Both the position numbers and the translations under genes were made by a program. Positions 29,185 through 39,903 of a DNA stretch of 64,000 bases are shown one piece after another. Numbering within the stretch: the first letter of the stretch is position 1; each line of letters begins with the position of its first letter. The stretch comes from Candidatus Hydrothermarchaeota archaeon (GTDB lineage Archaea; CAYFZR01). The notes beneath the pieces are model-generated. The model did no database searches and had not been told where the DNA came from. It saw only the letters and a program-made list of their open reading frames with translations. The stretch spans positions 8,021 to 72,020 of the forward strand of contig JBHIEG010000009.1 in NCBI GenBank assembly GCA_046760505.1, read 5' to 3'.

Positions 29185-30372
29185 TTAAACTTTAAATGAG
29201 CAAACTTGTTTGAACTCAGCCAGAGGCTCTCCTAATGCACATTCTTCGATTTTTTGGAGAACTTCCATCCCTCTGTAGGTGTAAGGAACTTCTCTGGGAT
29301 TGGAAAGAATGAAGGTTCGATCTTTGGCAAGGATCTTGAAGTATCTGGAATTTTTTATCTGGACCGCTTTTACCTCCTTACATGATGTGTTAAGTGTATA
29401 GCCTCCTCCATGAGGCAGAACGTTCACATATTTGATGAATTCCTCAAGACCTAACTCTTCCGCCCTTTCTTGAAATCTTAGTCGCTCAACGGTTCCTTGT
29501 GAAAGATTTGGATAGCCCCTTATCAATATAACTGGAAGATCCCATCCTAGGGCAAGAGGAAATAAGGGAGCATTTAGGCTACAAGTTGACTTATCGGTGG
29601 AATCGTAAACTCCAAGGCGCATAACATTTGCATCGAATAATCCCTGATGAATGGGATTACATATAATATTGCAGTCTCCGAATATCTCTGCTAGGAGAAG
29701 TTTTCTTTTTTTCTCTGAAAATGCCTCAAGTTTTCTGTATTGATTGTAGTACTTCTTCGCCTCTTTTCCTTCCAAAACATAGCATTTTCCGAATGGAGTT
29801 TCTTCCCATGTACCCTCGTAGTTTTCAAAATTATAGAGTAGATGTTTTATTTCAGAAGCAGATGTATGAATCAAGGCTAGTAAAGACCCTTCTGGGATGC
29901 TATCTAACCTAGACCATTTAACCGAAAGAACTTCTATGAAGTGGTTTCCTTTGTTTAAGTCCCATTTGATGGAAACTCCATTTACACATAAGTCCATTTT
30001 CTTTGTTTCGTATATCATTTCGAGTATCTCTGCATCAGACAGCGCTTCATTCAAAATGGCTAAAATCATTCCACAAGCATTTGGCCTAACCTCTGGAAAA
30101 ATGATTTTGTCATATTTTTTTCCTGGCCAGTGGATGATACACCCATATCCAAAGCCGCTCATCCATCTATCATAGTTCCTCGTTATCGTTGCATCAGGTC
30201 CGAGAAGTGAGAAAGTTTCAGTTTTATCGATACCGTAACTTCTGAGGACATGGATAATTTTTGCTATTCCGTATCTCATATTCAAGTAAGAAAGTGTGGA
30301 AGCAGTATCGCCTAGACCAAGGGAAAAAATTCTTTTTTCAGATTCTTTAAGGAGTTCTTCTTCCCCAAGCAA
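29185..30372 (-). CDS. Divergent RtcB-like protein
   Basis: Ordered motifs NACGM, GNHFIE, IHTS, IHQG, PHGGG parallel RtcB DIGCG, GNHF, HSGS, HN, HGAGR. Confidence 0.6.
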   Translation of the reverse strand: MLGEEELLKESEKRIFSLGLGDTASTLSYLNMRYGIAKIIHVLRSYGIDKTETFSLLGPDATITRNYDRWMSGFGYGCIIHWPGKKYDKIIFPEVRPNACGMILAILNEALSDAEILEMIYETKKMDLCVNGVSIKWDLNKGNHFIEVLSVKWSRLDSIPEGSLLALIHTSASEIKHLLYNFENYEGTWEETPFGKCYVLEGKEAKKYYNQYRKLEAFSEKKRKLLLAEIFGDCNIICNPIHQGLFDANVMRLGVYDSTDKSTCSLNAPLFPLALGWDLPVILIRGYPNLSQGTVERLRFQERAEELGLEEFIKYVNVLPHGGGYTLNTSCKEVKAVQIKNSRYFKILAKDRTFILSNPREVPYTYRGMEVLQKIEECALGEPLAEFKQVCSFKV

Positions 30373-30441
30373 TGTTAGTCCTCTTTGCTGAACTTGAGCC
30401 CAACTAAAACTATTTAAAGTTTATCTCTCAATAAGGCTTAC

Positions 30442-31287
30442 ATGGGTGATAATGACATTCCAGAGAGAATCAAGAGACTTTTGATCACATATGATGACTT
30501 GGTTAGTGAACTAAAAGAATTTTCTGGATTAAATTTAGATTTTTACCCTTCTTTGCCTAAAGATATTCCCGTAGTTCGCATAGGAAACTCAAACAAAGTC
30601 ATCATGTTTGTCGCGAGGATCCATGGAGACGAACCTACAGGCACAGAAGCGTGTAGGTGGTTTATCAGAAGTAAAGAGCCTAATGACTTTGCTTATGTCC
30701 TCTTTCCTCTAGTGAACACATACGGGTGTGAATATAACAAGAGAGAAAACATCCATAACATAGACATTACTCGAGATTTTATGGTAAGCAAGGAGTTTGA
30801 AACACTTGCTTTAAAAAATGCGATAGAAAAATTTAAGCCAAGATTTATATTGGACCTACATAACACCAACTTTCTGACACCCCTCTCGAAGAATCCAAGA
30901 GGATATCTTCAACCCGCTAACGACAATGAATCTATCAGGGCGGCATTGCAAATTAAGAGTTACCTAGATAAACACGGCTTATCGAATCTTATTAGGAAAG
31001 ATATGCTTCCAGAATGTTTTCTAAATCCAAAAGGAGGCAAACACACAAATTACAAGAAGATAGATGACGGTGTATTCGTGAGATATAAGGGTGAAACAGG
31101 TTTCAAGGAATACACAATGAAGTTGGGAATTCCCCATATATGCGTAGAATCTCCTGCTAAAACAAAGAATTTCTTCTTTAGAGAAAAGGAAGAAATAGAG
31201 AGATATGAAAAGAATTTCAAGAGCTATGTGAATTTCCATTATCTCAGCATGCTTGGTGTGATAGAATATCTCAAGGCAAGGAGGTAG
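30442..31287 (+). CDS. M14-family zinc carboxypeptidase/deacylase
   Basis: IHGDEP, PLVNTYG, RENIHNIDITRDF, LDLH, CVES. Confidence 0.85.
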   Translation: MGDNDIPERIKRLLITYDDLVSELKEFSGLNLDFYPSLPKDIPVVRIGNSNKVIMFVARIHGDEPTGTEACRWFIRSKEPNDFAYVLFPLVNTYGCEYNKRENIHNIDITRDFMVSKEFETLALKNAIEKFKPRFILDLHNTNFLTPLSKNPRGYLQPANDNESIRAALQIKSYLDKHGLSNLIRKDMLPECFLNPKGGKHTNYKKIDDGVFVRYKGETGFKEYTMKLGIPHICVESPAKTKNFFFREKEEIERYEKNFKSYVNFHYLSMLGVIEYLKARR

Positions 31288-31291
31288 TAAG

Positions 31292-32836
31292 ATGGACATC
31301 ACTGATCTGTCCATCGAGTTGTACGAGTCACATCAAAGAATGATCAATTCAGAAAAGAAAAATTTCGTGAAAGAGGTTGAGAGTTTTCAGAAATATCTTG
31401 ATAAAATCAGCGAGATATTTGGTATTGATCAATACAATCTCGCAAGATACGGGTATTTTTTGGACATGAGATTGATGAGAGAGACCTACTTGGAATTACT
31501 TGAGGAAAGACCAGATATCGCAGAAGTAAGAAAGAGTGAAAATTTACCCGTTCTTATGAGCGTAGATATGATGGATTGTGGCGGTAAGATAGCAGTGATA
31601 GAAACAAACGGATTTACTTGCAGGGGATTCAGTTGCGGGGATGTTGAGATGATTGTTAGTTCTCTAAAAAATGTACTCAAAGATGGAAAGGTTACATTTG
31701 CAATCGGATATCCATTTGAGGAAGGAAAATCAAGAAAATCTGATGACCTTGTATACGAAAAAATATTGTACTGCGGTGCATTGGCTAAGAAGATGAGAGA
31801 ACATGGAAAGAAGGTAAAAGTTGAGAAATTTGATGATAGAATAGATAGTGGTAGAATAAATAATGACTTTGATATACTGATGCTCTTGATACCAAAAAAC
31901 ATGTCAGAGAATTTTGAGATAAGAGATAACCGAGTCTTTCTTGAAAATGTAAGAATCGACTTCATATCTGATAACATAGCAAGGACAAGAAACGAATTGG
32001 TAGACTATGTAATTAACATCAATCCCAATGGTAAGATTTCAGACAGCAAGCATCTAACATATAAGGCAGTCGAAAGTTTTTTAAAATCTTTGAAAAGAAA
32101 GTCTCCAGTCCATGCTCTTTACTCTCATCGAATAAATGTCAAAGAATTAGGTGACAAAGAAATTAGAGAAGAAGTTAAGAAAGCTACAAGGAATATTCTT
32201 GCCATGGGGAGAAATATCCTTGTAAAACCAGATAAGGGGTCTGGTGGTGGCGGTATCTTTGTTTGCAGTACCGAAGAGGAAGTTTTTGAGAGAATTAAAT
32301 TAGCAGAGCCCTATGCACCCGATGGAAATATTTTAATAATGGAATGTGCGCCCGTAGTTCCAGTGGATCTTGATTTGGATGTAGGTAAGATTAGGTCTGG
32401 AGATTTGCTTGAAAAGGTAATCAGAGAGATCCATCAACACGCTCTGGAAGAAGGTATTCCTGAGAACTTTTTAAAAGGCAAACATGCGGTAGATTTCAGA
32501 TTCTATGTTGTATGTCTGAAAGGGAAAGAAATAATCGAAAAATACGGTGTAAAGAAAATTAACGGAGAAAGTTTTTATTTGGCCCCTCTTGCAGCAATTC
32601 TCAGGATGGCTCCAGGAATCTGGATTGATGATTCGAAGTTTTTGGTAGAAGATCCAACAATAATAAAGACCAATATCAGCCAAGAAGTGAAAGATAAGGG
32701 TGCAAAGGTAGAACACGGCATACTTAGATTTTTTGTCCCCTTCAAAGAAATCCTTGAAGCATTCAACTATAGAGAGAGATATAAAGACTTTATGATTGCT
32801 TCTTTCGATGCGGTAAAGGCAACGATTTATTACTAG
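31292..32836 (+). CDS. ATP-grasp ligase, apparently circularly permuted
   Basis: SVD...VIETNG precedes LVKPDKGSGGGGI and DFRFYV. Confidence 0.65.
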   Translation: MDITDLSIELYESHQRMINSEKKNFVKEVESFQKYLDKISEIFGIDQYNLARYGYFLDMRLMRETYLELLEERPDIAEVRKSENLPVLMSVDMMDCGGKIAVIETNGFTCRGFSCGDVEMIVSSLKNVLKDGKVTFAIGYPFEEGKSRKSDDLVYEKILYCGALAKKMREHGKKVKVEKFDDRIDSGRINNDFDILMLLIPKNMSENFEIRDNRVFLENVRIDFISDNIARTRNELVDYVININPNGKISDSKHLTYKAVESFLKSLKRKSPVHALYSHRINVKELGDKEIREEVKKATRNILAMGRNILVKPDKGSGGGGIFVCSTEEEVFERIKLAEPYAPDGNILIMECAPVVPVDLDLDVGKIRSGDLLEKVIREIHQHALEEGIPENFLKGKHAVDFRFYVVCLKGKEIIEKYGVKKINGESFYLAPLAAILRMAPGIWIDDSKFLVEDPTIIKTNISQEVKDKGAKVEHGILRFFVPFKEILEAFNYRERYKDFMIASFDAVKATIYY

Positions 32837-32855
32837 CCATTTTTTTAATCCTAAA

Positions 32856-33674
32856 TCAGGATTCTTTAGCTATTTCCCAGAGCATATCCCAGAAAAGCAT
32901 GAAAGACTTTGCAAAGCTGTCATTTTCAAAATATAATCCTGTGACATTCAAGAGAGCATCACCCTTTATTCCTGGCAAACAAATGAATATAGCCTTTGAA
33001 TCCACGAGAGTTATCTTAATGGGGGGCATTATCCCTTCTTTTTCTCCAAACCTTATGAGGGGAGATATAGTTCTAATTATTCCCTCTTTTTTGAGTTTTT
33101 CAAGATCTTTCTCATCGAGACTATCAGGGATGATAGGTCTTTTGCGAGCCACTATCTTGACCCTGGCATTTCTATCTTTTTTTTCCATGATGATATTTTC
33201 TATGATTTTAAATTCGTTTCTAAGGAAGTATCCATTGACAATTCGAATCTCTTTTTTCGCGCTCCTTAATATTTCTTCCAATTTTATTAGATAATTCTGT
33301 TCTCCGCTGACTATCCAGACAGTTGTTTCCTCTTCTCGAGTCTCCCTTCTCTTCAAGTAGATCTGGTTGATATAGGGTATAATTTGATCACTCATTTCTT
33401 GAAGTTCATTTGATCTCGTTAGAACAAAGTTCTTCAGCGCGTTATTTGGATCAAGCGCTCGGAAGACTTTAGGTCTTTTGTACTGTACTTCAAGCAGCCC
33501 CCACTTCGTAAGTTTATCCAGGGCTTCGTAGACTTTTGGACGGGAAAAACCTGATAGTTTGCTCAGTTCTCCAGCTGTGGCCTGATTTCGCGATAGTAGT
33601 AGGAGATATGTCTTTGTCTCTGCTTCTGTCATTCCCAAATCCTGCAGTTGCCTTTGAATTTCATGCAACTTCAT
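32856..33674 (-). CDS. TrmB-family regulator
   Basis: LGMTEAETKTYL, SRPKVYEAL, C-terminal PLD-like effector domain. Confidence 0.88.
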   Translation of the reverse strand: MKLHEIQRQLQDLGMTEAETKTYLLLLSRNQATAGELSKLSGFSRPKVYEALDKLTKWGLLEVQYKRPKVFRALDPNNALKNFVLTRSNELQEMSDQIIPYINQIYLKRRETREEETTVWIVSGEQNYLIKLEEILRSAKKEIRIVNGYFLRNEFKIIENIIMEKKDRNARVKIVARKRPIIPDSLDEKDLEKLKKEGIIRTISPLIRFGEKEGIMPPIKITLVDSKAIFICLPGIKGDALLNVTGLYFENDSFAKSFMLFWDMLWEIAKES

Positions 33675-33778
33675 TGACCTCACCATTAATGTTGTCAAGT
33701 AAGTTGTTTACAATAGAAAGGTTTATAAGTTTCTTTATATATAAACTTGACTGGCTAATTAAAAAAGGAGCACTGAAG

Positions 33779-34699
33779 TTGCGAGCCATAGTTGAGACCT
33801 TCAACTTAACAAAGGAGTTCAACGGACTTATTGCAGTAGATAATATAAACTTTAAAATAAAAAAAGGCGAGATATTCGGTTTACTAGGACCTAATGGTGC
33901 AGGAAAATCCACCCTAGTTAATATGCTTTGCTGTTTGTTGAAACCTACGAGAGGGACCGCTAGAATAGCCGGAATAGACATATTGGAGGAACCAGAGGCG
34001 GTAAAGTCAGTGATAGGGGTAGTTCCCCAAGAACATTGCTTGTATGATAATCTCACGCTGTATGAAAATCTTGATTTTATGGCAGAGATGTACGAGATTC
34101 CAAAAGAAAAGAGAAAATTACTGATAAAACAAGCCCTTGATTTAATGTTCCTTTATGAGAGGAGAAATGATCCTATAGGAACATTCTCCGGGGGAATGAA
34201 GCAAAGATCGAACATAGCAAGTGGCTTGATCAATGAACCTGAGATACTTTTTCTAGACGAGCCTACTACAGGTATTGATCCTCAAAATAGACAGGCAATC
34301 TGGGATTTCATAAGAAGACTCAACCAAGAGGAAGGAGTTACCATTTTTATAACCACACATTACATGGACGAGGCAGATCTTCTCTGCGATCGCGTCGCCA
34401 TAATGGATCATGGCAAAATCATAGCCTTAGATACTCCTAGAGAGCTAAAGGGCTTACTAAAAGGAGACATCATTGAGATAGAATCTGATATAATCGATAT
34501 AGACCTAATTAAATCTTTAGAAGGCGTTAGCGAGATCATTGAAACTAAACCTGCAAAAATCATCGTTGAAGATGCAGATTCCGTTTTGCCCGATATAATA
34601 AAAAATGTTCCAAATATAAAATCCATTAGAGTAGAAAAACCAACTTTGCAGGACGTATTCTTGAAATTGACAGGAAGGGAGCTTCGGGACCGTGCGTGA
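33779..34699 (+). CDS. ABC-2 exporter ATP-binding protein
   Basis: GPNGAGKST, FSGGM, LDEPT, TTHYM. Confidence 0.93.
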   Translation: MRAIVETFNLTKEFNGLIAVDNINFKIKKGEIFGLLGPNGAGKSTLVNMLCCLLKPTRGTARIAGIDILEEPEAVKSVIGVVPQEHCLYDNLTLYENLDFMAEMYEIPKEKRKLLIKQALDLMFLYERRNDPIGTFSGGMKQRSNIASGLINEPEILFLDEPTTGIDPQNRQAIWDFIRRLNQEEGVTIFITTHYMDEADLLCDRVAIMDHGKIIALDTPRELKGLLKGDIIEIESDIIDIDLIKSLEGVSEIIETKPAKIIVEDADSVLPDIIKNVPNIKSIRVEKPTLQDVFLKLTGRELRDRA

Positions 34700-34726
34700 T
34701 ATAAAATTTCAAAACTGGGAGATCTC

Positions 34727-35866
34727 ATGAGTCTTAAAAGGGATTTGCATCATGCAAAAACTATAGCGAAAAAAGACCTGCGAGAACTGAGCAAAGTCCC
34801 CCATGTGTATATCGCCTTAACGCTCTTTCCACTAATAATGGTATCAATAATAGCTTGGGGGTTTGGTGGAGATATAGATCATATAAAGGTAGCATTTGTT
34901 GACGAGGATAGTACTGCTATTTCCATTGACTTAATGGAAGAATTTCAGAGTTCCAAAATCTTAGACGTCATAGAAGTTAATGGAGTGGATCAGGCAAGAA
35001 AGATGCTGGAAGACGAGAGAGTATTTGGAGTCATAGTTATTCCCGAAGGATTTGGTAAGAATTTTGAAGAGTCCCGGTACAAGATTGATCTATATCTAGA
35101 TGGATCGCGGTACACCATAATGAACATAATCTCCAGAGAAGTAGAAAGAATAACATCCGCGTATGCGAGCGGTATATCACTGGAAATTTTATCAAAATAC
35201 CATGAGGATCCTGAAGTTATTTTCAAACCAGTTGATCTCCAAAAAGACTATCTCTTCGGCGGTAATTCGGAGTATCTCGATTTTATAATTCCCGGAGGAA
35301 TCGCGTTTGCCATTGCAGTTGGAGTGATGCTCAGGATGGGGGATATGATTGTAAGAGAGAGGGAGAGAGGCACAATCCAAAGGATTTTAATCACTCCCGC
35401 TACCAATAGAGCGATAATCCTCGGCAAAACTCTTTCAAGTTTGGCAATAGATATTCCTCGTGCTTTCATAGTAACTATCCTTGCATTCATGATTTTTCCC
35501 ATTTATCTCAGGGGTAGCTTCTTTTCCTTAATGGTAATCGAGTTTCTGGAAATCCTCATATTCATAGGAATCGGATTCATGATTTCTAGTAGAATAAAAT
35601 CCATGGCGGAGTACATACCCATTGCATTGCCCTTAACCATACCTCCAGCATTTATTTCCGGTGTTTTTTTCCCGATAGAGGCCCTTCCATGGATTTTAAA
35701 CAAATTCGCTTATTTATTGCCCCTAACGTATGTGGCCCATGCTTTAAGAGAAATAACAATAAAGGGCTATGGACTCTCTATGATCATGACTGATGTTACC
35801 GCTCTTTCAATATACGCGATTATAGCAATGGGACTTGGAGTATTAACATTCCAGAGAGAAGTTTGA
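34727..35866 (+). CDS. ABC-2 exporter permease
   Basis: RERERGT..ILITP..IILGK, LPLTY, multiple TMs. Confidence 0.92.
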   Translation: MSLKRDLHHAKTIAKKDLRELSKVPHVYIALTLFPLIMVSIIAWGFGGDIDHIKVAFVDEDSTAISIDLMEEFQSSKILDVIEVNGVDQARKMLEDERVFGVIVIPEGFGKNFEESRYKIDLYLDGSRYTIMNIISREVERITSAYASGISLEILSKYHEDPEVIFKPVDLQKDYLFGGNSEYLDFIIPGGIAFAIAVGVMLRMGDMIVRERERGTIQRILITPATNRAIILGKTLSSLAIDIPRAFIVTILAFMIFPIYLRGSFFSLMVIEFLEILIFIGIGFMISSRIKSMAEYIPIALPLTIPPAFISGVFFPIEALPWILNKFAYLLPLTYVAHALREITIKGYGLSMIMTDVTALSIYAIIAMGLGVLTFQREV

Positions 35867-35877
35867 GGTGATAATAT

Positions 35878-37437
35878 ATGAGGAAAACATATTTTTTGAT
35901 AATTACAATAATCTTAATATCTCAAATAGGATTTTCTCAAATATCTGGGAGAATTTGCTGTCCTGAGCCGGAGATAGAGGGAGGAATAAAACAGGAAACC
36001 TCAGGACCTTTTGCAATTACACTCGTTACATCTGATCCTTCTCCAATAAGACCTGGAGACAGGGACGTACAACTGAATATCTGGATTGAGTACAGAGAAG
36101 AGAGAACTATAGAGGATTTGAGCGTTCAATTGGCTATAGATAAACCGTTTTCTCTAGCAAGAAAAGGTGGCTCTTTGGCGTATATCGGCATGCTTGGACA
36201 GTACGGAGAAGGAAAATGCGAGTTTTACGTAAACGTTGATGAATCCGCTATATCCAACGTTTATGAATTGGAACTTTTATTTTCTTATTTAAAGGACGGC
36301 GAAAGAGTTTTTTCAAAAGAAAAAGTAAAGATACCTGTAGAAGGAAAGGCAGAGATAGTTTTAACGAATTTAAAAACAGAGCCCGAGACAGTTTCACCGG
36401 GAGAAAGCGCATTGGTTTCCATGAGCATAGAAAATAGTGGAACCGGAGATGCAAGAAGTTTCTGGATTGTATTGGAGCCAGAATATCCTTTTACAGTAGA
36501 TAAGAATGAATACTACTTAGGAACATTAAATCCCGGCGAGAAGAATGATTTAAAATTTTTACTATACGTAGACGATCTGGCAGAAGAAAAGACCTATCCA
36601 TTGAATTTAGATATAAGATACGAAGACGAATCCGGAGGTATACACGAAGCAACACGAAGGATGGGTATTTCTGTTCAAGAAAAAGATTCTCTGATGGTAG
36701 AAAAAACCATTACCGACCCAAAAAAAATAAAACCCGGAGATGAAAATGTCCTGTTGAAAATTTTTATTGTAAATGCTGGTGGAAAAATTCTAAAAAACGT
36801 GGATGCCAAACTATTAACTTTTGAAGGAATAAAACCTTCTTGGACTGGGGCAGAAAGGAAATTCCTAGGAAATTTATTACCCTATCACTCAGCGGAATGC
36901 GATTTCTATTTGGACATAGATGATGACATGAAATCAGGCATATATCCCCTTAAACTTGAATTAGTTTACAGTGGAGGGAGCACTACAAAAGTAATACAGA
37001 CCAAGGTCTCTGCTCACGCAAGATTTGAGATAGGAAACTTAACACATAACAAGGCGGTTCAGGGCGGCTCAGTCAAGATCCATATCCCAGTAAAAAATGT
37101 TGGAGATGAAAAAGCAGAATCTGTTAAAGTACAGCTAAAAACACCAAATTATTTCACAGGATACAAAACGAGTTATCTTGGAACAATAGGACCAGGAGAG
37201 AGCGATACCGCTGTTTTTGATCTAGATATCGACAAAGAGGCGGAACCAGATGAGTACCTGATAGATGTAAAGATATTCTGGGACGAGGATGAGGAAAGAT
37301 ACACGGATACAGAGACCTTCTCCTTGCGCGTATACAAGAGCTGGATGAGAATGTATCTTTTTTTGGTACTTACTATACTCGTTATTTTGCTTATAAGCGT
37401 GGCTATAAAGGTAAAAAAACAGAGAAAGGAGGAGTAA
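35878..37437 (+). CDS. COG1361 S-layer-family protein
   Basis: Signal peptide, repeated NxGxxxA / YLGTLxPGE Ig-like units, C-terminal TM. Confidence 0.82.
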   Translation: MRKTYFLIITIILISQIGFSQISGRICCPEPEIEGGIKQETSGPFAITLVTSDPSPIRPGDRDVQLNIWIEYREERTIEDLSVQLAIDKPFSLARKGGSLAYIGMLGQYGEGKCEFYVNVDESAISNVYELELLFSYLKDGERVFSKEKVKIPVEGKAEIVLTNLKTEPETVSPGESALVSMSIENSGTGDARSFWIVLEPEYPFTVDKNEYYLGTLNPGEKNDLKFLLYVDDLAEEKTYPLNLDIRYEDESGGIHEATRRMGISVQEKDSLMVEKTITDPKKIKPGDENVLLKIFIVNAGGKILKNVDAKLLTFEGIKPSWTGAERKFLGNLLPYHSAECDFYLDIDDDMKSGIYPLKLELVYSGGSTTKVIQTKVSAHARFEIGNLTHNKAVQGGSVKIHIPVKNVGDEKAESVKVQLKTPNYFTGYKTSYLGTIGPGESDTAVFDLDIDKEAEPDEYLIDVKIFWDEDEERYTDTETFSLRVYKSWMRMYLFLVLTILVILLISVAIKVKKQRKEE

Positions 37438-37530
37438 AGGCACTCAAATTTATAGATACCATCAACCCTAATCACCATTTATTTTACATTTGAAAAAAGA
37501 TTAAATATTACTAAAACAAGAGATGCACTC

Positions 37531-37827
37531 ATGTCTGGCGCGGTTAAAAAATACCATGAGATCTACAACAACCTGTTCAGAAGCAAATATACGGGCTTAG
37601 CGCTCTTAATACTAATTGAAAATGAAGGTAAACTTGAAAGACCAAAATTACGTAAGCTCGTTGAATGTAGAGATTTTAACAGATATGTAATGATTCCTCT
37701 CCTAGATAATGAATACATAGAAGTGGTTCAGGATAAAAGCAAGTATCCATACAAAACCTACGTAGCGCTAACCGATAAGGGAAGGAAAATTGCAGAAAAG
37801 GTAAAGTCATGCATCGATGAGTTCTAG
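37531..37827 (+). CDS. Small winged-helix protein
   Basis: C-terminal ALTDKGRKIAE wing motif. Confidence 0.65.
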   Translation: MSGAVKKYHEIYNNLFRSKYTGLALLILIENEGKLERPKLRKLVECRDFNRYVMIPLLDNEYIEVVQDKSKYPYKTYVALTDKGRKIAEKVKSCIDEF

Positions 37828-37871
37828 ATGTTCTTAACCAAGTTTAACGAACTAGATCAGGAGGTAAAAAT

Positions 37872-39059
37872 TTGGCTGTTGAATTGAAGAAGGGAGTCTA
37901 CTGGGTAGGTGCCATAGACTGGAATATAAGGGATTTCCATGGATATTTAACTCCAAAAGGAACCACATACAACGCGTATCTTATTGTAGATGACAAAATA
38001 ACGCTTGTTGATACGGTAAGGCATGGATTCTTTGATGAAATGCTTAGGAGGATCAAAGAAATTGTTGATCCCAGAGAAATCGATTTTGTAGTTTCTAATC
38101 ATGTTGAAAAAGATCATTCAGGCTCTCTAATCGACATAATGAGATTGGCCAAAAATGCAGAAATTTATGCCACGAGAAAAGGGAAAGATGGCCTAATAAA
38201 ATACTACAAAAAAGATTGGCCTTTCAACATTGTTAAAACAGGAGACGAATTAGATATAGGCAAAAAAACCCTGATGTTCATCGAGGCGCCGATGTTGCAT
38301 TGGCCAGATAGTATGTTCACATACATAAAGGAGGATCATATTCTACTGCCAAACGATGCGTTTGGACAACATGTAGCGAGTCATCAAAGGTTTGATGATG
38401 AAGTAGACGTTATGGAAGACGCAGCCACCTATTATGCAAACATACTAATGCCTTTTGCTCCTATGATACTTAGGAAAATAGAAGAAGTGGTATATCTAGG
38501 AATCAAAATAGATATGATAGGACCAAGTCACGGGATAATATGGCGGAAGGAACCAGATAAAATAATCAAGGCATACGTTGATTGGAGCAAAGGAATCACA
38601 AGAGATAAGATCATAATCGTCTACGATACCATGTGGGGGAGCACAGAAAAAATAGCCAGATCAATCCTTCGAGGAATAAAAAGAGAAGGAATAGAGGCCA
38701 AATTGTTGAAGCTGAGAGAGAATCACAGGAGTTATGTTGTAAGAGAAGTTCTTGATTCTAAGGTAGTTTTGGTTGGCTCGCCAACAATTAACAATGGAAT
38801 TTTCCCTACGGTAGCAGATTTCATCACCTATCTTAAGGGCTTGAAACCCAAAAAGAAAATTGGAGCTTCTTTTGGTTCCTACGGCTGGGGAGGTGGCGCA
38901 TGTAATATTTTAAACAAAGAATTAAGAGAAATGGGTTTTGAAGTTTTAGATGCAAATCTAGAGTTTAAATACGCTCCGGATGAAAGTGAATTGCAGAAAT
39001 GCGTTGATTTTGGAAGAGAACTTGTAAAAAAGATGAGCACTCATATACCCAGCAATTAA
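37872..39059 (+). CDS. fprA: Flavodiiron protein (A-type flavoprotein)
   Basis: GTTYNAY, HVEKDH, HWPD, DAFGQH, TMWGSTE, GSYGWGGG. Confidence 0.95.
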   Translation: MAVELKKGVYWVGAIDWNIRDFHGYLTPKGTTYNAYLIVDDKITLVDTVRHGFFDEMLRRIKEIVDPREIDFVVSNHVEKDHSGSLIDIMRLAKNAEIYATRKGKDGLIKYYKKDWPFNIVKTGDELDIGKKTLMFIEAPMLHWPDSMFTYIKEDHILLPNDAFGQHVASHQRFDDEVDVMEDAATYYANILMPFAPMILRKIEEVVYLGIKIDMIGPSHGIIWRKEPDKIIKAYVDWSKGITRDKIIIVYDTMWGSTEKIARSILRGIKREGIEAKLLKLRENHRSYVVREVLDSKVVLVGSPTINNGIFPTVADFITYLKGLKPKKKIGASFGSYGWGGGACNILNKELREMGFEVLDANLEFKYAPDESELQKCVDFGRELVKKMSTHIPSN

Positions 39060-39198
39060 TAAACAATTTTGAAAGAACATTGAAGAGTTAAATACGAATT
39101 GAGGCGTATTGTGCAGTAAATATGACTAATTTCGTACAGAAATTTATATAAATCACAATAATTTATATGGAAATTCGTATAAATTTAGGGGGAATTGT

Positions 39199-39702
39199 AT
39201 GGAGAAAATCGAAGAAAAATTGCAAACCGCCTTTGCAGGAGAGAGCCAAGCAAACAGGAAGTATCTTGCATACTCAAAGAAAGCGGATGAAGAGGGCTAC
39301 AAGCAAATTGCAAGGTTATTCCGTGCAGTTGCAGCAGCAGAGACAATTCACGCGCATAACCATTTAAGAATAATGGGAGGCATCAAAACTACAGAAGAGA
39401 ATTTGAAGGCAGCGATAGAGGGCGAACACTACGAGTTTACGAAAATGTACCCAGAGTTTATAGAACAAGCAAATAAAGAGAGCAAAAAAAGAGCGGCTAG
39501 AAGTTTTGAGTGGGCAAACGAGGTAGAGAAAGTACATGGAGAGCTTTACTCCAAGTACCTCGAGAGGCTAAAGGCAGGCGAGAAATTTGAAGAGGAGGAC
39601 TTCTATGTTTGTGAGGTTTGTGGCTATACTGGAGAGGGAGAAACACCAGATAAATGCCCTGTATGCAGAGCTGTTAAAGAAAAATTTATGAAAATTGAAT
39701 AA
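39199..39702 (+). CDS. rbr: Rubrerythrin
   Basis: AFAGESQANRKY, ETIHA, EKVH, CEVCG...CPVC. Confidence 0.95.
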   Translation: MEKIEEKLQTAFAGESQANRKYLAYSKKADEEGYKQIARLFRAVAAAETIHAHNHLRIMGGIKTTEENLKAAIEGEHYEFTKMYPEFIEQANKESKKRAARSFEWANEVEKVHGELYSKYLERLKAGEKFEEEDFYVCEVCGYTGEGETPDKCPVCRAVKEKFMKIE

Positions 39703-39729
39703 TTTAGTGAAAATAGGATAGGGGTTTTT

Positions 39730-39894
39730 ATGGCAGAAAAATGGAGATGTACGATATGTGAATATGTCTATGATCCTGAAGAAGGGGATCCAGACGGCGG
39801 AATAGAAGCAGGCGTTAAATTCGAAGATTTACCAGGAGATTGGACCTGTCCTGTTTGTGGAGCATCAAAAGATATGTTTGAAAAAATCGAGTAA
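39730..39894 (+). CDS. Rubredoxin (54 aa, absent from ORF track)
   Basis: Manual translation [54 protein letters not shown]. Confidence 0.95.
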   Translation: MAEKWRCTICEYVYDPEEGDPDGGIEAGVKFEDLPGDWTCPVCGASKDMFEKIE

Positions 39895-39903
39895 GGTGAT
39901 AAA

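Noticed and set aside
39085-39185. Repeated TTCGTA/TACGAA half-sites upstream of rubrerythrin (MsvR-like)
   Set aside because: Not spaced as TTCG-N7-9-CGAA, and the AT-rich background makes chance likely
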